NCBI GenBank assembly: GCA_002269645.1
Contig: NIVC01001559.1
Coordinates: 1 to 62,668, forward strand
Length of the DNA: 62,668 nucleotides
Source: Macrostomum lignano
Taxonomy: Eukaryota
Direction of reading: 5' to 3'
The position numbers and the translations under genes were made by a program. How positions within the stretch are numbered: the first letter of the stretch is position 1; each line of letters opens with the position of its first letter. This document shows, in pieces, positions 12,601-23,594 of this stretch. The notes under the pieces are model-generated. The model was given only the letters and a program-made list of their open reading frames with translations, had not been told where the DNA came from and ran no database searches.

Positions 12601-15600
12601 AAAAGTAAGTGTTAGGCCTAGTCATATTAAACTTTCAAGTTCAATGGGAAATTTCAAGTTCAATTTCAATTTTGGAAAGTTGTCAAATTTCAATTTCAAC
12701 AGATTGAAATGGACAATTTCGTCAATTACAATGGAACATCTCTAATAATGCTAAAGCATGGTAAAATAATTTGACTCTACTCTAAAGTGCACGTCCGTGG
12801 GTTTTCAACTTTTATTCCAATAGGGAAGATAATTACTAGTGTCTATAATTAGTTCCAAAATCTCCTTATTTTCTCCTTTTTGCCTCTTATTTTGGGCCAT
12901 CCAACTCTGTTATCCATACTTACAATCATTTTGGCTTACTAGTTTTTAAAAAAATTATACTATCTCTTTGAATCTATATTATTGCCTTGCCTAAATATGC
13001 CAATTGTTCAGCAAAACATGTTGTGTGAAGACTGATTAATTAATTGCAATTTTATCAAAGATAAAATGCAAATGTTTGCTTTTGATTTCATTTTCCTGAC
13101 TTTTCTCAAACATGCTAAAATCAGCTTTTCAAGTGGAGAAATGACTAGAAAAAAAGTAATGTTTAATTCACAAAATTCATGAATTGTGATTGGCAAAAGA
13201 CTATGCATGATTTTTTCCTTGTGATCATAGTTTTCGGGATTGTGACCATGATCACAGTCAATCCCTAGAAGTTTTTTAAAACATTTAAAATCTATAATAA
13301 ACTACTATATTAGACTATAGAATATAGCTTTAGTTGTTAGACTGTTTACTTTTATGCTACTAAATGTATAAAATTGTTTGTTTTTAATGTATACCAAAAA
13401 ATCAGCAATCCTTCTATACCCCTGTAAATTCCAAAAAACATATTTTTTTCAACAAAGGCAGCAATGCCTATTTAGCTAGTAATCCTACCTCATTGGTAGG
13501 TGTTAATAAAATAATCTTATAATTATTTAGCTAGTAGTCTTGCCTCACTGCTAGTCAAATAAGCTTGCTATTGTTTAGCATTAGCATTATTAGACCAACA
13601 GCAATTGCAAGAAAGATGGCAGCACTTTGCTGGGCAAATTTCAGGCCTAGGTAGCTACAAGTGCAAATGTGCAGAGTCCTAGGTTGCAGGGCAATGATCT
13701 AATTTCAGTAAACTTTACTGCATTAACTAAAAAGTGCATCTACATTGGGGCTGGCTGGCTGCTTTCAAGCTCTTCAAATCTGAGTGCAAGTGCAAAGAAT
13801 GCCAACAGGCATTGAAAGTCAATGGTTTGGAAGCGATGCACTTTTCTGCAACTCAAAAATAGGACGGAACTAGAAACCTGGTCATTGTATACCCAAAAAG
13901 GCAGTCAATCACATCTGCAGTCTATCAGATAGAGTGCACCTTTATGACAACAGACAAAGATGTATTTGTTCTGAAGGGTGTGGGTCAATGGCTGCAAGAA
14001 AAGTTCTTTCCCATTGTTCTTGCTAATATTCACATGCATAGCTTGAAATACAGTGAACGCTGCACAAGGGCAGTGGCCAAGTTGTTTTCCAGAATTCGTC
14101 TGCATCACTGGTGCCTTCCTAAATAAAGTTTAGTTTAGGAAGTTTTGACTTCCTAAATAAATTGACTGGGCTTTACATTTGATCCTTGTAATATGATCTG
14201 TATCTGCTTTTGATACTTTTTGCTAAATTATTCTTTGCTAGTTAATACTACTGGCCAGAGACTTCACAACAACAGTAGTGTGCACGAATTTTAATTTGGC
14301 TTCATGAAAAAGATGTGATTGAGCATTCTGTATATATTATGCGATATGCAATGGTATATACTGTCTTTATTACACCTGCCCTAATGGCCAGATGTGCAAC
14401 TGGCAGCTAAGCTACAACTATTGCAGGGCACATCTGAAGGCTGTTTATGGCTGCTTAGTCCAAGGACTATTGGTTGCTATAGATCTTTGATTATCCCAGC
14501 TAAAGAAAGAATACAGAGTTAAGTGTCTTGCTCAGGAACAAATTGTTCTGAGTGGGTCGAGAATCGAACCCCAACCGTTTAGTTGTAAGTCTAATGCTCT
14601 AACCAGTAGGCTACAACCCCCGTATACAGTATTGTGCAATGTTCTCAGCGACACAAAGGTATAAAAACCGATTTGTGTAAATTAGTGTTGTCTACAACTA
14701 AAAAATAGAAACCTGGCTTTATCAAATATTTGACCTGTTAAGCATAGCTTTGACTACCACTACTACTACAAACTTCGATTTATTAGGTGCCGAAGAGGGC
14801 GGCAGCGGTGAAGGCATCCGCGTTGTTCGCATCAGTCCAGGCCGCGGCGGCGGCGGCGGTGGCGTCGGCGTCGGTGCTGGTGTTGGCAACTACAACCGTG
14901 GCGGTGGCGGAACCTACCGCGGTGCTCGAGGCGGCGGCGGCGACGGTTTCAGCGGCTTTCGCGGCCGTGGCGGCATCGAAAAGCGGGGCCACCCGCGCCG
15001 CGGCGGCGCCAACTTTGCCAATATTAGTCCCGGCCGCGTCAACCTCATCGCCGATAATATCAGGCCTAATGCAGACGAGGAGAGATGGTTCAAGGTTTGT
15101 CTGTTTGACCCACCAGCTAAAACCCTTGCATGAGAAAAGAGCTAATCCCCATGATGCAGAGTGTGTACATGCCTGACGGTGAGACCCTGGGTGCGCGTGC
15201 TCATCTCATCACTCTAGCGACAATGGGTTGGCAAACTCAGGTCCGCAAACCACATGCGAACCGCAAAGCCTCACTTATCCGGCCCTCGGGTCCTTTGAAA
15301 CTTCACAATAGCAATCCGGCCCGCTCAGGGTTTGTGTCTTCTCAGCTCCCTTCTCCTCCCTATCCTCCTCTCGTCTCCTTTATTCCTTACCTTCTTCTGT
15401 CTCTCTTCTCTATTCCCTCTCCTCTCTCCCTCGTGTACCCTTGCGGTAAAAAAAGTTTGCCGACCCCTGCTCTTCAGTAGCTTATTAATAAAATCTACCC
15501 CCATGCATCACAAATACTAAAATAACTAGATAGGCCACTCAGCACATTTGCATGTAAGCTACTTTCAGTTCAGTAATAAGGTTAACTGAAGCATTTTAAT

Positions 15601-18600
15601 GTATATTTTATTTTTTACATTAAAAAGGTTTATTTTTATTGGCTTTTACCCCCCCCCAAGCTTAAACCCTCAAACTCCATACCGAACCTCTCTACCCCTG
15701 CCCCGCCACCCAATTTTTATTACCTTCCTCGGTTGTTCCAGCCTTGCCTTGTACATTTCAGTGGCCAATGTACATTATGGCTCAACCGATTAGCAAGCTG
15801 TTTGCGTCTGCAAGCTTGGGCTTCTAAACTTATCAAAGCTGGCTTTATTTTCATAAAATAGCTTATGTATTCTTCATTGCTACTGAACTGAAAGTAGAAA
15901 GCTGTTTTGCTAAGTATTTATGCCTGAGTGGCCCATCTAGTTATTCTATTATCTGTGCCCCCATTAATAGTCCGTTTAAAAAACTGATAGATGACATTGA
16001 TCTAATCTGATAATCACTGCCTAACTCACTGCTATAAATGCTAAAAAATATCCATAAACTTTTCTCTTAATCCCCAGGTCACGGTGGTATTCGGAGTGAA
16101 ATACGATCGAGCCTGGCTATTGGAGTCGCTGCAGGCGCACCTCAGTCGCAGTTTCATTCCGTTTATGTGGCGCACGGAGCAGCGCAATTGCTTTTTTTAC
16201 GTTAAGGAGAAGAAATCTACCGCTTTGGAGTACAGCAAAGTGGCAAGCAAGATCGCCTGTCCAGATGGGCAGAAGCTCATGATCAATGTCACTGAGGTGC
16301 GCGAGCCCGTTGTACCCGTGCTGGACGACGAGGCCAAACAGGCGCTGCGGCAGTCGCTTAGTCGGCGCTACTTACAGGTGACTGTCTACTTGGCTACCAG
16401 ACACTCTACCCAATTATCTACTTGGCTACCAGCCACTCTACCCAATAATCTACTTGGCTACCAGCCACTCTACCCAAAAAATCTACTTGGCTACCAGCCA
16501 CTCTACCCAAAAAATCTACTTGGCTACCAGCCACTCTACCCAATAATCTACTTGGCTACCAGCCACTCTACCCAATAATCAACTTTCGAGTAGATAAAGC
16601 TACCAGACACTACATGATATACACAACTCCATTCTCAGGTGACCAAAGCGCTGGACCTCAGCTCGCTGAAATCGGACACGGAGCTGGCCGGCTCCGGCCT
16701 GTACCTGCCGCTCAACAAGCCGAACGTTGTCACCGCCGTGCTGGAACTGCTTAGCCAGATACCCAATCTTGAGCTGGCTGTGCTCAACCTGTCCGAGAAT
16801 CAGCTGGACAGTCTCACTCCATTCGCGCCTCTACTGGAGCGCCTGGCGCCCTTTCTAACCACCGTAGACTTGCGCGCTAATCGTTTGCGCACAGTGGAAG
16901 ATCTGAGCTCACTTCGGGCTTGCCAAGAGTTGCGCTCAATCCGGCTAGAGAATAACCCAGTTAGCGTGCGATTCTCGGACACCTGCACCGCTTTGAAGGG
17001 CATGTGCCCTAAACTGGAGAAACTGGTCTGCCTATGCATTTCTATTTATTTGGTTTATTTACATCATATGTGCATCTACCTGCATTTTGAAATGCCGCTA
17101 GATAGTAATTCAAAGTATATTTAGGCGATATGTATCGAAAAATATATATTTAGACGATAGGTATCAAAAAATAAATATATTTAGGCGATATGTATCGAAA
17201 AAAATATTTTGGCGATATGTATCGAAAAGCAAATGTATATTTTTAGCAAACTTTCATTCTGAACGGCTATTCTACTAGTAGCTAGTAACTGATAAATCAT
17301 AAAAAATAATAATACACGGCCTAGACACTTATGACAGCGGCTCAAGCGACTTATCGAATATTATTGCTTGGCTGCTTAATATGTTATTTTGTGTTTCAGT
17401 CGATAAAGATCGACTTGATGCTGTTAAAAGTGCTTTGTCCCGCACAAATAATGTGTGTATTTAAAATTCTGGCCAAGAAATGCATTGCTTAATCACACAA
17501 CACAGGCAATGTAAATAATGTGTTGTTTAATAACAAGTGGCATAAATGAAAAGAACAAAGGCCAGATTGAGAAAAAAACAATTTGATGAAATGCCACTAA
17601 AAATGCTGCTGAAAAGCAAGCGTGTACATGCCACTGGCAGCATGTAATTATTGATTCGATATGGCCATTATTGGTCTGAAGTGCTAGCCTGTCTGATGGC
17701 AAGTGAGATTGAGTCTCATTGTTTATCAATTGAGCTTTATGCGTTCAATATAACTAATAATTGGAGACCTTGAAATAAAGGCTCCCGCAACGGGACTGAA
17801 AGAGCGCACGTTTGATGAAGATGAAAAAAGATTGAATGAGTGTGTTGCTATGCAATATGTAATTTAATATTTGCCGTTTTAAGTCTGCTAGTCCGTTTTT
17901 GTCAAGTCTTAAAAGAGGTTTAGGCCGTGAGTTCTTTGCAAATTCTATTTCTCTATTGAAAACACAAATGGCTGTTGAAAATGATGTTTGCTATTTTGTA
18001 TAAACATAGATTTTCAAATTTCTGGCATTTTTCTAAAGAAAATAATTCATTCTTTCATTTATTGCTACTAATGAGTAGTTCATCCAGCAAACGTCAGCAA
18101 TCTACAAAGCGCCTTGTTCGCCAAAATACCGCCCCACCTCACCTTCCTCCCACTGCCGCTATCCGATTCCGGTTTAAAGAACGATCGCGACGTCCTGATG
18201 CAGCGCCAGGATGGCGGCACTCTGCCGCAGGCTACTCTGGGCTATTTTCCTAACGACGATATTAAAGTGGCCGTCATCAACTATTTAAAGAAGTAAGGGA
18301 ATGACAAATCTTGTATACGTTCTAGGAGAATATTGTCTAGATTTCTGGTGTCGTGTCTATAGATCTCAGGAGACAAATTATATTGTTCAGATGTCTAGGA
18401 TAGTGCCTATAGACATGCACATTGTTCAGATATCTATGACAGTGCCTATAGACATTTCTATTGTTCAGATATCTATGACAGTGCCTATAGACATGCAAAT
18501 TGTTCAGATATCTATGACAGTGCCTATAGACATGCACATTGTTCAGATATCTATGACAGTGCCTATAGACATTTCTATTGTTCAGATATCTATGACAGTG

Positions 18601-21600
18601 CCTATAGACATTTCTATTGTTCAGATATCTATGACAGTGCCTATAGACATTTCTATTGTTCAGATATCTATGACAGTGCCTATAGACATTTCTATTGTTC
18701 AGATATCTATGACAGTGCCTATAGACATTTCTATTGTTCAGATATCTATGACAGTGCCTATAGACATTTCTATTGTTCAGATATCTATGACAGTGCCTAT
18801 AGACATGCACATTGTTCAGATATCTATGACAGTGCCTATAGACATTTCTATTGTTCAGATATCTATGACAGTGCCTATAGACATGTATATTGTTCAGATA
18901 TCTATGACAGTGCCTATAGACATGCACATTGTTCAGATATCTATGACAGTGCCTATAGACATTTCTATTGTTCAGATATCTATGACAGTGCCTATAGACA
19001 TGTATATTGTTCAGATATCTATGACAGTGCCTATAGACATTTCTATTGTTCAGATATCTATGACAGTGCCTATAGACATGCACATTGTTCAGATATCTAT
19101 GACAGTGCCTATAGACATTTCTATTGTTCAGATATCTATGACAGTGCCTATAGACATTTCTATTGTTCAGATATCTATGACAGTGCCTATAGACATTTCT
19201 ATTGTTCAGATATCTATGACAGTGCCTATAGACATGCAAATTGTTCAGATATCTATGACAGTGCCTATAGACATGCACATTGTTCAGATATCTATGACAG
19301 TGCCTATAGACATTTCTATTGTTCAGATATCTATGACAGTGCCTATAGACATTTCTATTGTTCAGATATCTTTGACAGTGTCTATAGACATGTATATTGT
19401 TCAGATATCTATGACAGTGCCTATAGACATGTATATTGTTCAGATATCTATGACAGTGCCTATAGACATGTATATTGTTCAGATATCTATGACAGTGTCT
19501 ATAGACATGTATATTGTTCAGATATCTTTGACAGTGTCTATAGACATGTATATTGTTCAGATATCTATGACAGTGCCTATAGACATGTATATTGTTCAGA
19601 TATCTATGACAGTGTCTATAGACATGTATATTGTTCAGATATCTTTGACAGTGTCTATAGACATGTATATTGTTCAGATATCTATTATAGTGCCTATAAA
19701 GATGTGCATTGTTCAGATATCCAGGAGGATAGTGCCTATAGACATGTATATTGTTCAGATATCTATTATAGTGCCTGTATACATTTCTATTGTTCAGATA
19801 TCTATGACAGTGTCTATAGACATTTCTATTGTTCAGATATCTATGACAGTGTCTATAGACATGTATATTGTTCAGATATCTATGACTGTCTATAGACATG
19901 TAAATTGTTCAGATATCTAAGATGATAGTGCCTATAGACATGTGCATTGTTCAGATATCTATGACAGTGTCTATAGACATGTACATTGTTCAGATATCTA
20001 AGATGATAGTGCCTATAGACATGTGCATTGTTAATTTCGCTGATAAAATCTAGATTTCGGCATTCTAGCTTGCTGTAAACAGTTTATCTACTTACAGTTC
20101 AGTAGCAAGGAAGCATGTGTAAGCTATTATTTAAGCTAGTTGAATATGATCAGTTATTATGGATTCAATGATAATGATTTACACTTTGGAAACGCGCACC
20201 CCCAGCTACTACAGCATTCTGGATAGTGGAGAGCGCAGTCGCCTGCTGCCGTACTACACTGAGCACGCCAAGCTGACCCTGTCTACAGCTTCTCCGCCTA
20301 GCGCAATGAATCATCACAAATCATTGAACTGCTACATCGGTCTCAGCAGGAATCTGAAATACCTGGAGAGCAATCGGAGCAAAGCTGAATCGTTGGTACA
20401 GCGCGGCCGGTTACAGTGCGTGTCCGCTCTAGAGAAGCTGCCAACCACCAGTCACCTGTTAAACAGCATGCGAGTTGACGTGCCTGTGAACAGCGACAAA
20501 GCGGCGCTAATCTTCGTTACTGGCCTGTTCATCGAGCTGACGCCCGGTCGAGACGGTGGCGACAGTCAGGACAAGACTCTGCGCACGTTCAGCCGCACCC
20601 TGGTGCTGGTGCCAGTGCCCGGCTCCGAGGCTGGCATGCAGATTCACGCCGACGATTTTTATATCACCCACGTTAGCCATCAGGTTAGACTTGAATTCAT
20701 TCACCGCGACTCGGAGCTTTATAGAAATTCCCCATGGCTTATATCCATGGAAATTCTTTAAAATTGCATTTATACACATTCCCCATAACTTATTGGACAT
20801 TTTCCGGACTCGATGTGCCTATTTTCGAAGAAATTCCCCATGCCTTATTTTCACTTGAATTCCCCATATGTTGATAGGAACTTCCCATGCTTTATGTTTA
20901 CATGGATTCCCCTGTTTTATGTTCATAAGAATTCCCCAAACTTTATGTTCATAAGAATTCCCCGAACTTTGTGTTCATAAGAATTCCCCAAACTTTATGT
21001 TCATAAGAATTCCCCAAACTTTGTGTTCATAGGAATTCCCCAAACTTTGTGTTCATAGGAATTCCCCAAACTTTATGTTCACATGGATTCCCTCTGCCTT
21101 TTGTTCATAGAAATTCGCCATATTTTATCTACATGCAAATTCCCCACAGCTTATCTACATGCAAATTCCCCATAGCTTATCTACATGCAAATTCCCCACA
21201 GCTTATCTACATGCAAATTCCCCACAGCTTATCTGCATGCAATTTCCCCACAGCTTATCTGCATATCTACTACATATCTATGTCTATTGTCTATCTATAT
21301 CTATTTATCTACATATCTAACTTTTATCGTTCTAGAAGTTCCCAATGTCCTATATTTATGGCAACTTTCTTTATCGTATGATCTATGGAAATTCCCCGCG
21401 ACTTCATCGGCTAATCGTGAAAGAAAATCCTCAAATTGCCTCATATTCGTGTCAACCGCCCCCGCAACCGCAGGGTGCCGAGTGGTTCCGGAAGCAGAAC
21501 GCCAGCGCGGCGGCCAGTGCGACTACAAGCGCCACCCTTCAGGAACTGCCAGCCGCAGCCAAAGAGGCCATGGTGACCGAATTCGCCGCCAAGTCGGGCA

Positions 21601-21722
21601 TGAACGCCGAGTTCAGCCGGCAGTGCCTGAACGAATTCGGCTGGGATTTCGACATGGCCGCTAGCAAATTCGCCCAGCTAAAAGCTGAAGGCAAAATCCC
21701 GCCGGAAGCGTTTCAGAAGTAA
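9700..21722 (+). CDS. NXF1: Nuclear RNA export factor 1 (NXF1/TAP/Mex67 family), ~618-628 aa
   Basis: join(9700..9751,14787..15094,16078..16377,16639..17025,18210[or 18180]..18292,20206..20683,21474..21722), all GT-AG and phase-consistent. Domain order: RGG-rich N-terminus; RRM (WFK|VTVVFGVKYD); LRR (RRYLQ|VTKALDLSSL, LNLSENQL, LENNP); NTF2-like (YYSILDSGERSRLL, RTFSRTLVLVP); TAP-C/UBA (FAAKSGMNAEFSRQCLNEFGWDF...GKIPPEAFQK). The first coding exon (MPFQRGRPNSRYRFDRR, donor A|GTAAGT) is less certain than the rest. Confidence 0.92.
10325..11940. repeat. Dispersed repeat carrying a 21-bp tandem array (ATTGCAACTTAGTTCCTCCTA), split by a hAT insertion
   Basis: Same unit and the same downstream GCCATTTCACC...GGTGTTGGGCAT at 2937-4030. 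Confidence 0.75.
10401..11563. mobile_element. Non-autonomous hAT element, 1163 bp
   Basis: TIRs TAGTGATGGATCCGAAT / ATTCGGTCCATCACTA; subterminal TTCGGA repeats; exact 8-bp TSD ATTGTAAC (10393-10400, 11564-11571). Confidence 0.9.
14371..14620 (-). mobile_element. tRNA-derived CORE-type SINE
   Basis: On the minus strand: A box TAGCCTACTGGTTAGAGC, B box GGTTCGATTCTC, then CCTGAGCAAGACACTTAACT (MIR-CORE-like). The 3' part matches 33965-34170. Confidence 0.75.
15221..15469. mobile_element. hAT-type MITE (CAGGGGTCGGCAAAC family) with CT-rich core
   Basis: Ends GGTTGGCAAACT / AGTTTGCCGACCCCTG; homologous to 59361-59592. Confidence 0.75.
15509..15957. mobile_element. Second, inverted copy of the 267-709 MITE, in an NXF1 intron
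   Basis: TIRs CACAAATACTAAAATAACTAGAT / ATCTAGTTATTCTATTATCTGTG; the body aligns to the reverse complement of 267-709; TSD unclear. Confidence 0.85.
16385..16578. repeat. 32-33-bp minisatellite, ~6 copies, filling most of an NXF1 intron
   Basis: Unit CTACTTGGCTACCAGCCACTCTACCCAATAAT. Confidence 0.9.
18390..20032. repeat. 36-bp minisatellite, ~45 copies, in an NXF1 intron
   Basis: Unit GACAGTGCCTATAGACATNNNNATTGTTCAGATATCTAT-like, head-to-tail with no spacers; it generates the 539-aa and 520-aa ORFs. Confidence 0.95.
20870..21260. repeat. Two adjacent related 26-bp minisatellites in the last NXF1 intron
   Basis: TTTATGTTCATAAGAATTCCCCAAAC units followed by TTATCTACATGCAAATTCCCCACAGC units; shared AATTCCCC core. 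Confidence 0.85.
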
Positions 21723-21879
21723 CTCGAACTGTTTGACAACTTTGCGACTTCAAATTCACTAATCAAATAACTAACCTGTCCCGTAGACTATTCGGTTAGC
21801 GAAATGCAAAATTTAATTTATAACTATAAAGTATCACTGCTTTGTAGAAGCATTTTCTTATTATTTGTTGTTGTTAAAC

Positions 21880-22430
21880 GTGGGTGGAAGCCGGGGGCTA
21901 CCCGCGGATCAGCCCGAAAGGGGGCTCTACCAGGGGCATAAAGCCCGAGATACCCGCAAGATTGGACCCCGACGTCTAGGCCAGAGGGCTTATTGGGGCT
22001 ACTAACCCAAGTCTATGGTACAAGACAGCGCCAACCCATAAGTGGAATCAGGGACGGTGCTAGGACCGAGTCCACCCAGGCCACCACCCAGCAGACAAGT
22101 CCCGGGAGTGCGCGAAAAAAGAAATTGGAATAGAAAATGTTTGGGTTACTACTGAAAGCCGTCCAAGAGCGGGGAAACCCACAAGTCTTGGAAATGGCTT
22201 AAATATTGGAGCGAGTCTAGCTCTATATCCAGCTCTATATTGGAGGCCAAGCCAAGGGGTCGGGAAGGGGCAACAAGGAGCAAGAGGACCCCGACTCAGC
22301 CGGGATCCCCGATTCGGGACGAACATCAACCCCAGGACTCCAGTCCACTGTCAGGATGAGAGCCGAGACACAAGGGCAGGGAGACAACCAGAGGAGCCAG
22401 CAGATGGACCAGGCAAGGAGGGCAGAGCTA
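21880..22430 (+). mobile_element. GC-rich insertion, possibly the 5' UTR / ORF start of a non-LTR retrotransposon
   Basis: Abrupt GC-rich, hairpin-rich block in AT-rich DNA; the RFGTNINPRT peptide near 22305 only weakly recalls APE N-termini. No TSD found. Confidence 0.3.
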
Positions 22431-23104
22431 TTTAACGTTATTTAACATTTCAGTTGTATAGATTGAAGGGTTTTGGCTATTCTCGTTCTCAACTATGCCT
22501 ATCAGCCATATTGTTCATTTTAATAATCCTGCGATCTAATTTTGTGAAATTTTAAATTGGTATTTATGCTGGTAAAGTTACTGGTAGTAAATTAGTGCTG
22601 TAATGTGCAATGTTTTCAAAGGAATAATAGATGTGTGGGTAATGTACTTACTATTTTAAAAGGTAGCTAATATCACGGATACTAAGTGGAATAACTAGGT
22701 ACGCTTTACTCGCTTGAAAGGCCTTCATCTACTGTTATTTTCAGTAGCAAAATCAGCGTTTTTTGCCCGCTTTTTTAATTGTCAGCGAAAACTTGTGCAC
22801 CTGTTGCTATTGATACGCAGATTAGGTGTGTACCTATGCTCTGTTTGTGTCTCTAAACTTTGTTTATGTTAAAAGTACGCACGATAGCGAACACTGGGCT
22901 GATAATAGTGCTTGCATACTCGTAACCCCAAAACAAAAAATATAAATTGACTGCCGAAAGGTTCTGTGCTGCCGCTGCTGTGTGTGTGTATAAACAATTA
23001 AATTCAGTTCATTTTTTGCCAATTGTATTATGCTTGTTACTTATTTTCTTAATGCAGACAGTATTACACAGTATTGGTGTTTTAGGAAAACATCAAGTAG
23101 AATT

Positions 23105-23400
23105 TAGGGTAGCCATTGGTCTGGCGCGGCGCTCTGATGTCCAAGCGGCACAGGTTCGAATCCAAGTGGCAGTCACACTAATTTGGGGCTAAATTGGAAT
23201 CTCGGCTTGGCTCTGCTAGTGAGATTAGCGCCCTTGAGGGCCAACCCCCAAGGCGCAGTGAAGTGTACATGCCTAACGATAAATAAAGTCAGGGCCGCTG
23301 TACACTCCTGTGTGAGTGTGTGCCTGTGCGTGTGACTGCGTACGTATCCGCGCGCTTGTGTGCCTGCTCAGGGGAGTCTGGGCGGAATGGGCAGCAATGC
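23105..23400 (+). mobile_element. tRNA-derived SINE (second family)
   Basis: B box GGTTCGAATCC at ~23174; body GTGTACATGCCT...GACCGCTGT...GTGCTCAGG...GGCGGAATGGG shared with 59075-59345; fragment at ~15160-15200. Confidence 0.7.
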
Positions 23401-23594
23401 CTCTCGCCGGTTGTGTGACAATGTCGCTAATAAAGTGACTGTTTCCTTAGATTTAAACGGCTCATTAAATTGCAAACTGCCTATTATAGCTTTTATGGCC
23501 ATAACTTATTATTGCCTATTTGTTTTTTATTTCAGCTGACTATTGCGTTCGTTGAAATCGAATTAAATAATAGGATAGTGCATCAGAGCTGACT

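Noticed and set aside
14545-14620. tRNA gene (also 23110-23190, 53220-53285, 59075-59135)
   Set aside because: A/B boxes are present but acceptor stems are broken and each runs into SINE body or other repeat sequence.
14750-14992. NXF1 start at TTG 14750, and Ala-rich ORFs 14787+ / 14783-
   Set aside because: No in-frame ATG. The GC shift and acceptor at 14786/14787 plus the phase-matched exon 9700-9751 explain the start better; the Ala-rich frames are shadows of the Gly-rich exon.
18390-20032. CRISPR array (36-bp repeat length)
   Set aside because: Units are contiguous with no unique spacers, lie in a spliceosomal intron, and no cas genes are present.
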